This document shows positions 44,360 through 53,621 of a stretch of 56,478 nucleotides of DNA, piece after piece. Each line of letters opens with the position of its first letter. The stretch's first letter is position 1. This DNA comes from a virus (Duplodnaviria > Caudoviricetes). The notes beneath the pieces are model-generated. The model did no database searches. It was not told the origin of the DNA and saw only the letters and a program-made list of their open reading frames with translations. The position numbers and the translations under genes are program-made. Where the stretch lies: IMG/VR virus record IMGVR_UViG_3300037487_000664, positions 1-56,478 of that record. The stretch is one strand, 5' to 3'.

Positions 44360-47300
44360 ATGGCTGGGCTGTTTGACGACATCGAACCTGTCGGGGGCGC
44401 TACACCCAAGGCCGCTACACCCAAGACCCCTACGCTCAAGACCCCTACGCTCAAGACCCCTATACCCGCGTCTAAGACAGGCACGGAGTGGAAAGGCGTC
44501 CCGTACCGCCTACCGCCAAAACCGAACGCGCCTCGCGCAAAACCTGCTCCACAGCCGCAATACGAGACCAACCCGCTCGGCATTGCCGCACGCGGCGCGA
44601 TGCGTGCGGTGCTCCCCACCCTTGTCGGCGTCGGCACGGGTGCCGCAACAGGGGTTGCTCTTGGACTGCCGACTGGTCCGGGCGCATTAATTAGCGGTCT
44701 GGGCGGCGCTGTCGTTGGCGGCGTAGCCGCGTACAAGGCGCAACAGAAGTTTTTGAAAGAGCATCCTGACGCCGCGCGTTTCATGGGGCAGTCGCCAGAG
44801 CAACTGGCCGCCGACCTCGCCGCGAATAAGAACGTCGCGTTGGCGAGCGAGTATGCCCCCGGCTTTTTGACCGGACGCCCGTTCACGAGCGGCGCTCCGT
44901 TAAAAGTGGGAGCCAACCTTGTACAACGCGGGCTGGCCTCTGCGCCGGGCCAGAACGTCTTATCGGGAACTATCGGCGGCGGATTTGAAACTGGCCGCGA
45001 GCTGGTCATGGGCGAAAAACTTGATCCTTACGCCATCGCTATTGCAGCCGGAGCCGGTGCCTCTCAAGGGCGCGGGTGGGGAGGGACAAACTTCGGTGCT
45101 TTCAGTATCCCCGAGGTTAAAGTGGATACTGCGCTGGAGCGCCTACTCCGACAAAAAGCGCCCTACCGGCGTACACAAGCGCCGCCCTCCCCGGATGCGG
45201 ACGTACTTCGGGCTGCGGGGATTGCGCCCACTCCGCTAGACATCTTGCCGGAGACACAACAACAGGGCGTGCGCGAGGCAGCCGTCGCAACTCCGGAAAG
45301 CCGCGACTTAGCAATTAAATACTCTGTCGACGTTCCCGGCGTGCTGCCCAAGGAGGGCGCTTCGATAGCGGAACAGCTCACGCCGGGAGACACCCGAACC
45401 CGCCTCCAAGTCGAGGAGGCCGTGGCCGCCGAACGTGCCGCTGCGCAGCAGGACGTATACGGCGCACCCGTTCGCCCCGGCGAAGCTACCGGTGACTTTG
45501 CCCGGCAGGCGACGCAAGCGCGCGAAGCGGACAGGCTTAAATTAGACGAAACTTTCGACACCGCTCGCGCAAAAGGCAACATCGATCTTGAAGTTCTAGA
45601 CCCCAACGACCCCAACAGCGGTTGGAGTGACCCGACGGACGCGCAGATAAAAGAGTTTGGCATAACAGAGCCCAGCGTCATCAACCTTCGGACTTCCGAG
45701 GTCCGCGCCACTAAGGACGCGGGGCCGTTGGGCGTCGCGGAAATTGCCGCGTCTATGCGTGAGGGGACTGGCAGTATCGCCAGATCGCGCCCGGCTGACG
45801 TTTCGGGAACGCTTAACGTCATCGACGCGGTGGCGAACAAACCGTACCCGACGGGTGAAGATTTTCTGGGTTGGAGAAAAGACCTCACTGACCTTTCGGA
45901 CAACTACCGGGGGCAACCCGAAGGCAACGCCGCGCGAAAGGCCCGTAATGCTCTCGACGCCCAGATCGACGCGCTTGACGCCGCAGGTCGGTTCCTTGGC
46001 GACCCTGAGTTCGTCAAGGCGTGGCGCGCGGGGTGGACCGCACGACGGGCCTTTGGCACGAAGTGGGAGGGGGGCAGCATCATGGAGACGGTCACTGAAC
46101 CCCGCTACGTGGACGGAAAGTGGACGACGGCGGTGGACCCGGAAGTCGCCGCCAACGCGATTGCCGGAACCGGCCAACAAAAAGGTAAGATCATCTCGAA
46201 CCTGAATACGGTTCGCGATTACGTCGGCGAGGGCAACCCGATGTGGGGCAGCATCCGCCGCGAGCTTTTGCAAAGGCAGATGGGGTTCAACCCCGACGAT
46301 CCGAACAACGTCAAAAAGTTGACGGACTGGGCGCGGAAGAACCCGGACGTGGCCGACATCTTAATGACCCCTGCGGATCGAGTAGACGTCAGTATTGCCG
46401 AAAGCACACTCACCGGGGCTACGGGTCGAGAAGGTGCGCTAAAACTCGGCAAGGGGCTGCTTTCTAAGGATACCGCGTTGGTGGACGTAACCGACGCCGT
46501 CAGCGGCATGTCGAGGGCGCAGTTGCGCGACGCTCGCGTGGCGGCTCGCCAAGCACTACGCGGTGCTTTCGACACGCCACAAGCCAGCGCCGACATCCTG
46601 TCGCGGGTAAACACCTCCTTCGACGTGCAAGACAAACTGCGGGCGCTGTTTGGCAACGAGGCGGATGAGCTGATCCGCACGGCGGGTGCCCTCGTGCGGC
46701 GCTACAAGCTGGCCGAGAGCATGATGCCGTCGGTGCCAAAGAACGAGGTGGCCGCTGTTGACGCGGCGGCGCAGGCTGCGGGCGTTGCTACGCGAGGCAC
46801 GCCGATAGGGATGGGGACGGCGGTAGCGCAGTGGCTCGCTAGAACGTATAAAGGTATCTCGGGCGAGCAAGCCGAAAGCCTCGTTCGAGACGCCCTCGAT
46901 CCCACTAAGACGGACGCCGTCGAGGCTTTCCTTCGTCAGCGGTACGGCGAGAACGCGGCGGCGTCGATTTTTGGCCGCATACGGTCGGGGATGCAGCAAG
47001 TCGAACCCGGCATGCGCGTCATCCGTCGTGGTGTCGTCCCCCTTGCCGGGCCTGACGTCTCCGTACCCGAAAAAGACGAAGAACAAAAAGCCCCCGCGCC
47101 TGAAAAAGCCAAACCTGCTTCCGAGCCCGTCAAAGGCATGTTCGACGACCTCGTGCCGTCGTCTGAGACGCCGACGGAAGGCGGTAACCAGACCCTGTCG
47201 CTCGGGGAGAGAAACAACAACCTCGGAAACCTAAAGGCAGTCGCCTACTACCGAGGCAGCAAGCCGGTGCTGAGCAAGTTCACCATAAATCAGCCCGGAT

Positions 47301-47566
47301 ACCAAGGATACGACGACCGGGGCTTTGCGATATTTGACACCGTGGAGAACGGCACTGCCGCGCAGGAGCGCCTGTTGGCGCGCAACTACAACGGCAAGAC
47401 GATTAGCCAGATCGTCCAGAGGTACACTAAAGGTGACCCGGAGAACACTCAGCGGGCGTACATGAAGTACCTCGCTGGCCAGTTGGGCTTGGGGGTCAAC
47501 GACATCCCGCGTGACATCGCTGCGCTCGCAGCGGCCATGCGTCGCTTCGAGACCGGAGGCACCTGA
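44360..47566 (+). CDS. large ejection protein with C-terminal lysozyme-like domain
   Basis: RNNNLGNL..GFAIFDT.E.G..A...LL..Y..TI.QIV.RY..ENT..Y. Confidence 0.7.
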   Translation: MAGLFDDIEPVGGATPKAATPKTPTLKTPTLKTPIPASKTGTEWKGVPYRLPPKPNAPRAKPAPQPQYETNPLGIAARGAMRAVLPTLVGVGTGAATGVALGLPTGPGALISGLGGAVVGGVAAYKAQQKFLKEHPDAARFMGQSPEQLAADLAANKNVALASEYAPGFLTGRPFTSGAPLKVGANLVQRGLASAPGQNVLSGTIGGGFETGRELVMGEKLDPYAIAIAAGAGASQGRGWGGTNFGAFSIPEVKVDTALERLLRQKAPYRRTQAPPSPDADVLRAAGIAPTPLDILPETQQQGVREAAVATPESRDLAIKYSVDVPGVLPKEGASIAEQLTPGDTRTRLQVEEAVAAERAAAQQDVYGAPVRPGEATGDFARQATQAREADRLKLDETFDTARAKGNIDLEVLDPNDPNSGWSDPTDAQIKEFGITEPSVINLRTSEVRATKDAGPLGVAEIAASMREGTGSIARSRPADVSGTLNVIDAVANKPYPTGEDFLGWRKDLTDLSDNYRGQPEGNAARKARNALDAQIDALDAAGRFLGDPEFVKAWRAGWTARRAFGTKWEGGSIMETVTEPRYVDGKWTTAVDPEVAANAIAGTGQQKGKIISNLNTVRDYVGEGNPMWGSIRRELLQRQMGFNPDDPNNVKKLTDWARKNPDVADILMTPADRVDVSIAESTLTGATGREGALKLGKGLLSKDTALVDVTDAVSGMSRAQLRDARVAARQALRGAFDTPQASADILSRVNTSFDVQDKLRALFGNEADELIRTAGALVRRYKLAESMMPSVPKNEVAAVDAAAQAAGVATRGTPIGMGTAVAQWLARTYKGISGEQAESLVRDALDPTKTDAVEAFLRQRYGENAAASIFGRIRSGMQQVEPGMRVIRRGVVPLAGPDVSVPEKDEEQKAPAPEKAKPASEPVKGMFDDLVPSSETPTEGGNQTLSLGERNNNLGNLKAVAYYRGSKPVLSKFTINQPGYQGYDDRGFAIFDTVENGTAAQERLLARNYNGKTISQIVQRYTKGDPENTQRAYMKYLAGQLGLGVNDIPRDIAALAAAMRRFETGGT

Positions 47567-49842
47567 TGGCTGAGCCGAGCACCGTCAAAAAACGAGCCGC
47601 CCTAAAAGCCTACAAGCCCTCTCTGCGCGAACGTGCGCAGATCGGCATGGAGGGCCTCTACACCCGCGCTACGGGCCGCGAGCCGGGTTACGCGCCCCGC
47701 CGCTTTATGGGGAAGGCCAGCGAGCTGCTGGACTTCATCCCCGGCGTCGGGGACGTGATCGGCGTCGATGAGACCAAGCGCGCCTTAGACCGCAGGCGGT
47801 ATCTTGAAGCCGGTCTGCTGGGAGCTGGCACGATGCTGGGCGTCGTCCCTGTTGTTGGCGACGTGGCGGGTAAGGTGCTCAAGGGAGCAGCCAAGCCCGC
47901 CCAGCAAGCGGTTGAGAAGCTGGCGGCAAAGTACGGCGTTGAAGTGCCCAAAGCACCCAAAGCACCCAAAGTGCCCAAAGCGCAGACGGGCATCCTCGCT
48001 ACGCCCAATCTCCGCGAAATGGATACGGCGTCCGCCATTAAGGCCGCGCGCAGCGAACCGCACTTGATCCTTGGCAACGATGGTTACGTTGGCGCTCCGG
48101 CTGGTGTCAGCACGCCCGAACAGGTCGGGGCGCTGCGCCAGAACTTTGATGCGGATGTCGCTAGAGGTGCTGGTGGTGCGGACTGGTACGAGCGCGCACG
48201 CGATTTTAACAAGGAGATTGCCGGGTCAAATCCAGCACGGCGCACTCTTGCTGCGCGTGAGCAGGCACTGTGGTCGGCGCAAGCCAACCCCGACACCAAC
48301 TTCAATTTTTCGCTTCAAGGGCACAACGCCTACGAGGCGGGCAAGCCCCTTACCAAGGTGCGCACGGGACAACAGGCGCGCACGTACACCGCTGCGCGCG
48401 ACGCGGACGTGCCCATCCCCTTGGGCAAGAAAACGGGCGTGTACGGCACCCACCTTGATCCGGGTGTACCTCCCGCCACAACGGGCACGAACGACATCTG
48501 GCACGCACGCGGTCTGGGTTACACCGGCGCAGACGGCAAGGCGTTCTCGCGGGCGCTGACGGCCCAAGAACACCGCTACATGGATTACGAGACGCTTCTG
48601 GCCGTAGAACGCGCCAACGCCGCGAAACTTGGCGGGCGCGAGAACTGGACGGCTGCCGAGATACAAGCCGCGCCTTGGGTAGCGGGTAAAGGCAAGCAGC
48701 TTGCGACCAAGCGTTTTGCAAAACAAAACATGCTGGGGCACAACGGCGGCCCGCCCATGGGTCTCAGCGACGAACAACTGCAATGGGGCTTGGACGAGGC
48801 GGGCAAGACCTACCCGGACTACGCGAATAAATATACCGCCTTTGGTACATACGAAGCCACGCCCGGAGCCGTTACGGGCCACCTCCCTGACCTCGTAAAG
48901 TCAGACATCCCTACCCGAGAAGCCTATGCTGCAGACCCCCGCTCGTCGTGGACGGACGAAGAGGGCCGAGACATCCTTCACGACGCTCTCGGTATGTATC
49001 AGCGCCCAAGCATAGGAGCGCAAGGTGTGTTTGAGCCAACGGGCGGCGGCCCCATAGAGTTTAACCCCGCAGGCGTTTCGCGTCCTCTGGTGGGCCTAAA
49101 ACCCGTTGATGGTGAGCACTTCGTGGACCCCGCCTCCCGCGCTTTAATGTCGTCGGCGGAAGCCTTGCGCGCAGGAATGGGCGCGCAAGAGGCAGGCGCT
49201 TGGCACAAGCCCATACCTAACACCAAGGCGGGCGCGATGGGCTCGGTGTTTACGCCTTTGTCTGGCAAGCGCACGCCGGAAGAACTTATGGGTTTGCGCG
49301 ATCTCGGCGCTAAGTACGGCATTGGCGATGTTGTAGATACCGGCCAAGGCGTGACAATGACCAACTTCTACCCGGGTCCGCCTTCGGGCGCGGCAACCGG
49401 GAAGGCGTTGAAAAAAGGTTTAACAACAAAACTAAGAGACCTATTGCCCGGCAGCGAACCTAAACGTGTGAAGGTAGACAGTGATTACATCGACTTTGCG
49501 GATGAGTGGAAAGCCCCTTCGGGATCGGGTTCCGTGACGGGAAAAATGCTTGAGTACCTCACGTCGCCGGAAGCGCCGGGGGCTTTGGCTAAACTGGACA
49601 CGCCTGAAATACGCAACGCCGCAAAAGCAATGATGGAACGCGATTACGAACTGGCCGCGCGCACTGGACAAGCCGTGCGTGAAGATGTTCAGAACCTGCG
49701 CCGCATCATTGCCGAGCGGGGTGTTGCAGCGTTAAAAGCCGCTCTTGATAACAAAGAGTTTCTGCCCGCACTGCTTATGGCTGTTGGAGCGGGGGGTCTA
49801 GGAGCGTCTCAGTTTTCGCTTTCCCCGAAAACGGGCGAGTAA
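47566..49842 (+). CDS. virion-delivered effector: PT-TG-like linker plus DUF7178/glycosylase-like helical domain
   Basis: LGVVPVVGDVAGKVLK; ADWYERA..WSAQ..TNDIWHARGLGY..IQAAPW. Confidence 0.6.
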   Translation: MAEPSTVKKRAALKAYKPSLRERAQIGMEGLYTRATGREPGYAPRRFMGKASELLDFIPGVGDVIGVDETKRALDRRRYLEAGLLGAGTMLGVVPVVGDVAGKVLKGAAKPAQQAVEKLAAKYGVEVPKAPKAPKVPKAQTGILATPNLREMDTASAIKAARSEPHLILGNDGYVGAPAGVSTPEQVGALRQNFDADVARGAGGADWYERARDFNKEIAGSNPARRTLAAREQALWSAQANPDTNFNFSLQGHNAYEAGKPLTKVRTGQQARTYTAARDADVPIPLGKKTGVYGTHLDPGVPPATTGTNDIWHARGLGYTGADGKAFSRALTAQEHRYMDYETLLAVERANAAKLGGRENWTAAEIQAAPWVAGKGKQLATKRFAKQNMLGHNGGPPMGLSDEQLQWGLDEAGKTYPDYANKYTAFGTYEATPGAVTGHLPDLVKSDIPTREAYAADPRSSWTDEEGRDILHDALGMYQRPSIGAQGVFEPTGGGPIEFNPAGVSRPLVGLKPVDGEHFVDPASRALMSSAEALRAGMGAQEAGAWHKPIPNTKAGAMGSVFTPLSGKRTPEELMGLRDLGAKYGIGDVVDTGQGVTMTNFYPGPPSGAATGKALKKGLTTKLRDLLPGSEPKRVKVDSDYIDFADEWKAPSGSGSVTGKMLEYLTSPEAPGALAKLDTPEIRNAAKAMMERDYELAARTGQAVREDVQNLRRIIAERGVAALKAALDNKEFLPALLMAVGAGGLGASQFSLSPKTGE

Positions 49843-49945
49843 AGGCCACTACGCCAGCCATCTGCCGGTACAACTCATGTTCTTCGGCGGCGGTGTAAGG
49901 CGGCTCATGGTAAGGGCTGCCGTAGTCGTCGTACTTACGTACCAT
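49775..49945 (-). CDS. small convergent protein (56 aa, not in ORF track)
   Basis: MVRKYDDYGSPYHEPPYTAAEEHELYRQMAG...; AAGGAGACTTGAC RBS; TAGACA-N17-TAGGGT promoter with operator. Confidence 0.65.
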   Translation of the reverse strand: MVRKYDDYGSPYHEPPYTAAEEHELYRQMAGVVAFTRPFSGKAKTETLLDPPLQQP

Positions 49946-50028
49946 GTCGTCAAGTCTCCTTTGTTGTTACGGATTTCACCCTAATAGGTGAAGGCTTTCG
50001 TGTCTAGCCCTTTTCGCTATCGGCATAG

Positions 50029-50154
50029 TCTTGCGCCAGCGCCGCCATCGACCTCGCTCAGCTCAAGTCCACCATGAACCGTGGCACCTTCGACCCCAAC
50101 GATCCGAACCTGAGCAAGGCGCGCGGTGGCCTCGTCGAGAAGTACGGCGCATAA
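50029..50154 (+). pseudogene. orphan 3' end of a former ejection/polyvalent protein gene
   Basis: ..AIDLAQLKSTMNRGTFDPNDPNLSKARGGLVEKYGA*. Confidence 0.6.
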
Positions 50155-50172
50155 ACAGGCTCAATTTAGCAC

Positions 50173-50201
50173 TTGCACCTTGTTGGGTGCTGTGCTATAA
50201 A
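50173..50201 (+). promoter_or_regulatory. promoter TTGCAC-N17-TATAAG with CACC-N6-GGTG operator
   Basis: Direct reading; parallels 6952-6980. Confidence 0.7.
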
Positions 50202-50256
50202 GGGTTGTTCCCGGCAATCGCGCCGAGAACAGCTCTTTGAAAAAGTGAGACCTGAA

Positions 50257-50472
50257 ATGCGCTACCTCCCTTATCCCGAGGCCGTTAAAACGACGGTTGG
50301 AAACAAGGTTAGCTGGAATGCCTACGCCGACCGCGAGACGGCTGAGCTTGCCGCCCAAACCGCAGAACACAACGCTCGGATTGCTGCAAGCGAAGGCTAT
50401 GACTTTGGGTATTGCTGCCCCGGCGATATTACCGTGACCAAAGACGGCTTGTTTGAAGTCTGTCTGCCGTAA
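50257..50472 (+). CDS. hypothetical protein (moron-like)
   Basis: Own promoter, GAGACCTGA leader and terminator; GYDFGYCCPG..FEVCLP. Confidence 0.7.
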   Translation: MRYLPYPEAVKTTVGNKVSWNAYADRETAELAAQTAEHNARIAASEGYDFGYCCPGDITVTKDGLFEVCLP

Positions 50473-50480
50473 GCGTACCA

Positions 50481-50510
50481 CCCCCGGCCTAACCGCCGGG
50501 GGTTTTCTTT
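50481..50510 (+). terminator. intrinsic terminator at the convergence point
   Basis: CCCCCGGC-CTAACC-GCCGGGGG-TTTTCTTT. Confidence 0.8.
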
Positions 50511-50512
50511 GC

Positions 50513-50758
50513 CTATTTCGAGGCTAACTTCCAGTCGTCCCCGTCGTCGCCACCGCAATCCAGATAATAGTCCCGCTCCCTGCCGGGGACGTTAGTGTCG
50601 CAATGAGAGACGCGGTGGCCCTCGCCCCACCCGTGGACGTGCTCCTCGCCGCAGTGGGGGCAGTCGATCAGTGCTTGATCGCCCTCTCTGCGAGCTACAA
50701 CCGTCGGCCACCTACGCTTATCCGGCGCAACCATTGCGTTGCTTACTTCTTTGGTCAT
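50513..50758 (-). CDS. small Zn-binding protein
   Basis: CPHCGEEHVHG..GHRVSHC. Confidence 0.65.
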   Translation of the reverse strand: MTKEVSNAMVAPDKRRWPTVVARREGDQALIDCPHCGEEHVHGWGEGHRVSHCDTNVPGRERDYYLDCGGDDGDDWKLASK

Positions 50759-52119
50759 TTCTTTCTCCGTTTCAGGTTCTCAAGCAGGATGTCCTGCACC
50801 GATCTCTTGGTCTTGAGCCGCTCTAGGATCATGGCGTCTACGGTGTCGCGCGCCACGATGTGATGCAGGAAGACGGGCCGGTCGAGCCCGGCCTGCTTCT
50901 GCCGCATTGGGCCGACGCGCTCGATGATCTGCATGTGCTCTTCGAGGTTCCAGTTGACGCTGAAGAAGCACAGGATGTTGCCGCCCTGCGCGAGGTTGAT
51001 GCCATGCCCAGCCGACGCAGGTTGCGCCAGCAGGATCGGTATCTTGCCCGCGTTCCAGTCGTGGATCGTCTGCGGCTTGGCGTCGAGCACGCGGGCCTTG
51101 GGGAACGCCTCCTGCAGCCGAACGAGGTCGCTCTTGAAGTGGTAGGCGACCAGCACCGGTGCGCCGTTGGCCTCCTCAATCACGCTCTCCAGCGCCTCGA
51201 TCTTGGCCTTGTGGACCTCGCGCCAGTTGTGGTTGTCATCGACGTAGGCCGCGCCGTTGGCCAACTGCAGCAGCTTCATGGTCTTGACCGCCGCATTGAC
51301 GGCCTCGACCCCGAACTCCTCGATCTCGGCGAACATCTCCTTCTCCATCTCGTCGTAGATGGCGCGGGCGTCGCGGGGCAGGTCGATCTGGATGTTGTTG
51401 ACGATGGGCGCGTCCACCGGCAGGCCGGTGACCGTCAGGCACACGTCGCGCAGCCTGCCCTCGATCTCCTGCTGCGCCAGCCTGTTGGGCTGCAGGCTGT
51501 AGCCGTCCCAGCCCTTGGTGAACCAGCGCGCCTCGAAGGCCCCGAACGTGTGGCCCAGCCGCTGGCCCTTGTCGAGGAACCACGTCTGGCCCCAGAGGTC
51601 GTTTAAACCATTCGGCGACGGCGTGCCGGTCAGGCCGATGAACCGGCTGACGTCGGTGTGCGCCACGCGCGACAGGGCCTTGGCGCGGGTCGAGCCTTTG
51701 CGCAGGCGGAAGCTCTTCAAGCGCGTAAACTCGTCGGCGACGACCGTCTTGAACGGCCAGTTGTCGAGGTGCTCGCTGACCAGCCACTGGAGCTGCTCGT
51801 AGTTGGCCGTGTACACGTCGGCGGGGACGCGCAGGGCGCGCTCGCGCTCCTTGACGTTGCCGGTGACGACGCTGACCCGCAGGTGCCGCAGGTTGGCCCA
51901 CTTGGCCACCTCGTCCGGCCACGTCGTGCGCGCCACCCGCAGCGGGGCCAGCACCAGCACGGGGAAGACGTCCTCGACCTGAGACAGGTGATCGAGCGCC
52001 AGCAGGGTCGAGGCGGTCTTGCCCGTCCCCATGCCCGCCCAGACCGCGCACCGGGGCGTGTCCTGAATGAACTTGATGATGTCGAGCTGGTAGGCGTGGG
52101 GTTTAAACATCTCGGTCAT
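50755..52119 (-). CDS. SNF2-family (SF2) helicase
   Basis: MGTGKT, VVADE, LTGTPSPNGL.DLW, SAGHGINL. Confidence 0.93.
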   Translation of the reverse strand: MTEMFKPHAYQLDIIKFIQDTPRCAVWAGMGTGKTASTLLALDHLSQVEDVFPVLVLAPLRVARTTWPDEVAKWANLRHLRVSVVTGNVKERERALRVPADVYTANYEQLQWLVSEHLDNWPFKTVVADEFTRLKSFRLRKGSTRAKALSRVAHTDVSRFIGLTGTPSPNGLNDLWGQTWFLDKGQRLGHTFGAFEARWFTKGWDGYSLQPNRLAQQEIEGRLRDVCLTVTGLPVDAPIVNNIQIDLPRDARAIYDEMEKEMFAEIEEFGVEAVNAAVKTMKLLQLANGAAYVDDNHNWREVHKAKIEALESVIEEANGAPVLVAYHFKSDLVRLQEAFPKARVLDAKPQTIHDWNAGKIPILLAQPASAGHGINLAQGGNILCFFSVNWNLEEHMQIIERVGPMRQKQAGLDRPVFLHHIVARDTVDAMILERLKTKRSVQDILLENLKRRKK

Positions 52120-52565
52120 TCGACCCGCCGCCTTCGCGACCCGAAAGACGGCGCGGATACGTGCATGACGTTGTGGTGCGTCTCACAGTACAACTTCTCA
52201 GGCATAACCGGCAGACAACAGGAGCAGGTTACGCCCCCGGCTGTCAGAGGAAAGGCGCACTCGCCAAAGACGCGGGTCTCCCACGGGCGCGGCGTACTGC
52301 CCTTCAGCACGCGCTCCTCGGCCACCTGACGCACGGGCGGGGGCGGGCGACGCGGCACGAGCGGCGGAGGCGCAGGCGGCACGGGCGCGCGCATGCCCTT
52401 CGCAATGACGCTGCGTTGCAGGCCCTGCCGATGCATCATGTTGAGGACGGCGGAGCGGCTCCTGCCAACCAACTTACCGATCTCGGTAGGGCTGGTGCCC
52501 GCCTTCCACATAGCCTTGGCCTTCTGCATCATCTCGGCGGGCCAGCCATTCTCACGCCGTCGCAT
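52116..52565 (-). CDS. gcrA: GcrA cell-cycle regulator homologue
   Basis: W..K.MW.AG.S..EIG..SRSAV...HR.GL HTH; C.FP..C..YC..H C-terminal domain. Confidence 0.8.
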   Translation of the reverse strand: MRRRENGWPAEMMQKAKAMWKAGTSPTEIGKLVGRSRSAVLNMMHRQGLQRSVIAKGMRAPVPPAPPPLVPRRPPPPVRQVAEERVLKGSTPRPWETRVFGECAFPLTAGGVTCSCCLPVMPEKLYCETHHNVMHVSAPSFGSRRRRVE

Positions 52566-52567
52566 GG

Positions 52568-52753
52568 TTACGCCGCCAGTGTGCGGAGCGTGCAGGAGGC
52601 CTGCTCCAGCTCTTGGGTCAGGCGCGCCACCTGCGTCAACATGTCCGCCGTCGTGTACGGGCCGTTGAAGATGGTACTCAGGGCCTGCGCGCGCGCCTTC
52701 ACCGTGTCGGCGGCGCGGTACATCTCGACAGAGGGTCTCCGATATTCAATCAT
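52568..52753 (-). CDS. hypothetical protein
   Basis: 61 aa in operon. Confidence 0.5.
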   Translation of the reverse strand: MIEYRRPSVEMYRAADTVKARAQALSTIFNGPYTTADMLTQVARLTQELEQASCTLRTLAA

Positions 52754-52964
52754 TGTTTTTCTTCTTTGCGTTTTGGAGGGCTTTGATGGCGAGCAGCATG
52801 TCTAGGCACTGATTTCCGAGCTTGGGGTTCCGTTCCCCGGCTCGCAGTCCTAGCGTCAACTCCTCCGCCATCAAGTCCAAGGCCAACACGGCGTCCTCTT
52901 CAGACAGGAGCAGCCAGCCCAACACGATCTTGTCCATGTGCGGATCGTAGGTCGCGACGGTCAT
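52746..52964 (-). CDS. hypothetical protein
   Basis: 72 aa in operon. Confidence 0.5.
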   Translation of the reverse strand: MTVATYDPHMDKIVLGWLLLSEEDAVLALDLMAEELTLGLRAGERNPKLGNQCLDMLLAIKALQNAKKKNND

Positions 52965-52986
52965 GCTGCACCCCCTTGGTTGACGA

Positions 52987-53286
52987 TTACTGTACGCACC
53001 CCACGGGTTGCGTCAACATGAAAACAAGCTCGTCGGCGTCTTCTTTTGACCAGATGACCGCGACCATAAAACCAGCAGCGGCCAAGCGCTCCAGCTCCCG
53101 CGTCTGCAGGGTACTCAGCCGCCCATTGGGGGCCTTGATCTCGACAAAGGCGAAGAACGGCCCCGTCCACCAGATCAGGCAATCGGGCGCACCCCGGCGA
53201 CCGGTCCACTCCATCTTGCGGAATTGCCCACCCAGCGCCTCGACGCGCTTCTTCAGGTAGGCTTGGATTTCACCTTCAGGTGTCAC
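52987..53286 (-). CDS. VRR-NUC nuclease
   Basis: EGEIQ..GAPD..FVEIKAPNGRLS.LQ. Confidence 0.9.
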   Translation of the reverse strand: MTPEGEIQAYLKKRVEALGGQFRKMEWTGRRGAPDCLIWWTGPFFAFVEIKAPNGRLSTLQTRELERLAAAGFMVAVIWSKEDADELVFMLTQPVGCVQ

Positions 53287-53287
53287 C

Positions 53288-53617
53288 TTACTTTCCGAAA
53301 CGCTTTTTGTTTTGATAGTCTGTTTCGGACATGACGCTCACAAAGGTCTTACCTTCGTGTTGGACTAGCGCGATCACTCGGTCGTATTCCAAGCCCTGTT
53401 CAGCCTCGAAATGCAAAACGACAGAAGTACTCCCCCGAGACAGATCGCCCCGCATATCTGCGTTGGTCAGCGTTGAACCGTCGGCGTTCACGCGCACGCA
53501 GGTTCCTTTGTCCGGCGTGTGGTTAAACATCTCAAGATATGAAAAGTGAGTATCGTTATCCAAAGAGTAATCGTATCCGTTGGAAAAATCGTGGTGGTAC
53601 TCGTTAATAAGTTTCAT
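53288..53617 (-). CDS. hypothetical protein, AT-richer insertion between polA and VRR-NUC
   Basis: Composition shift; probable ATG 53617. Confidence 0.55.
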   Translation of the reverse strand: MKLINEYHHDFSNGYDYSLDNDTHFSYLEMFNHTPDKGTCVRVNADGSTLTNADMRGDLSRGSTSVVLHFEAEQGLEYDRVIALVQHEGKTFVSVMSETDYQNKKRFGK

Positions 53618-53621
53618 CAGC

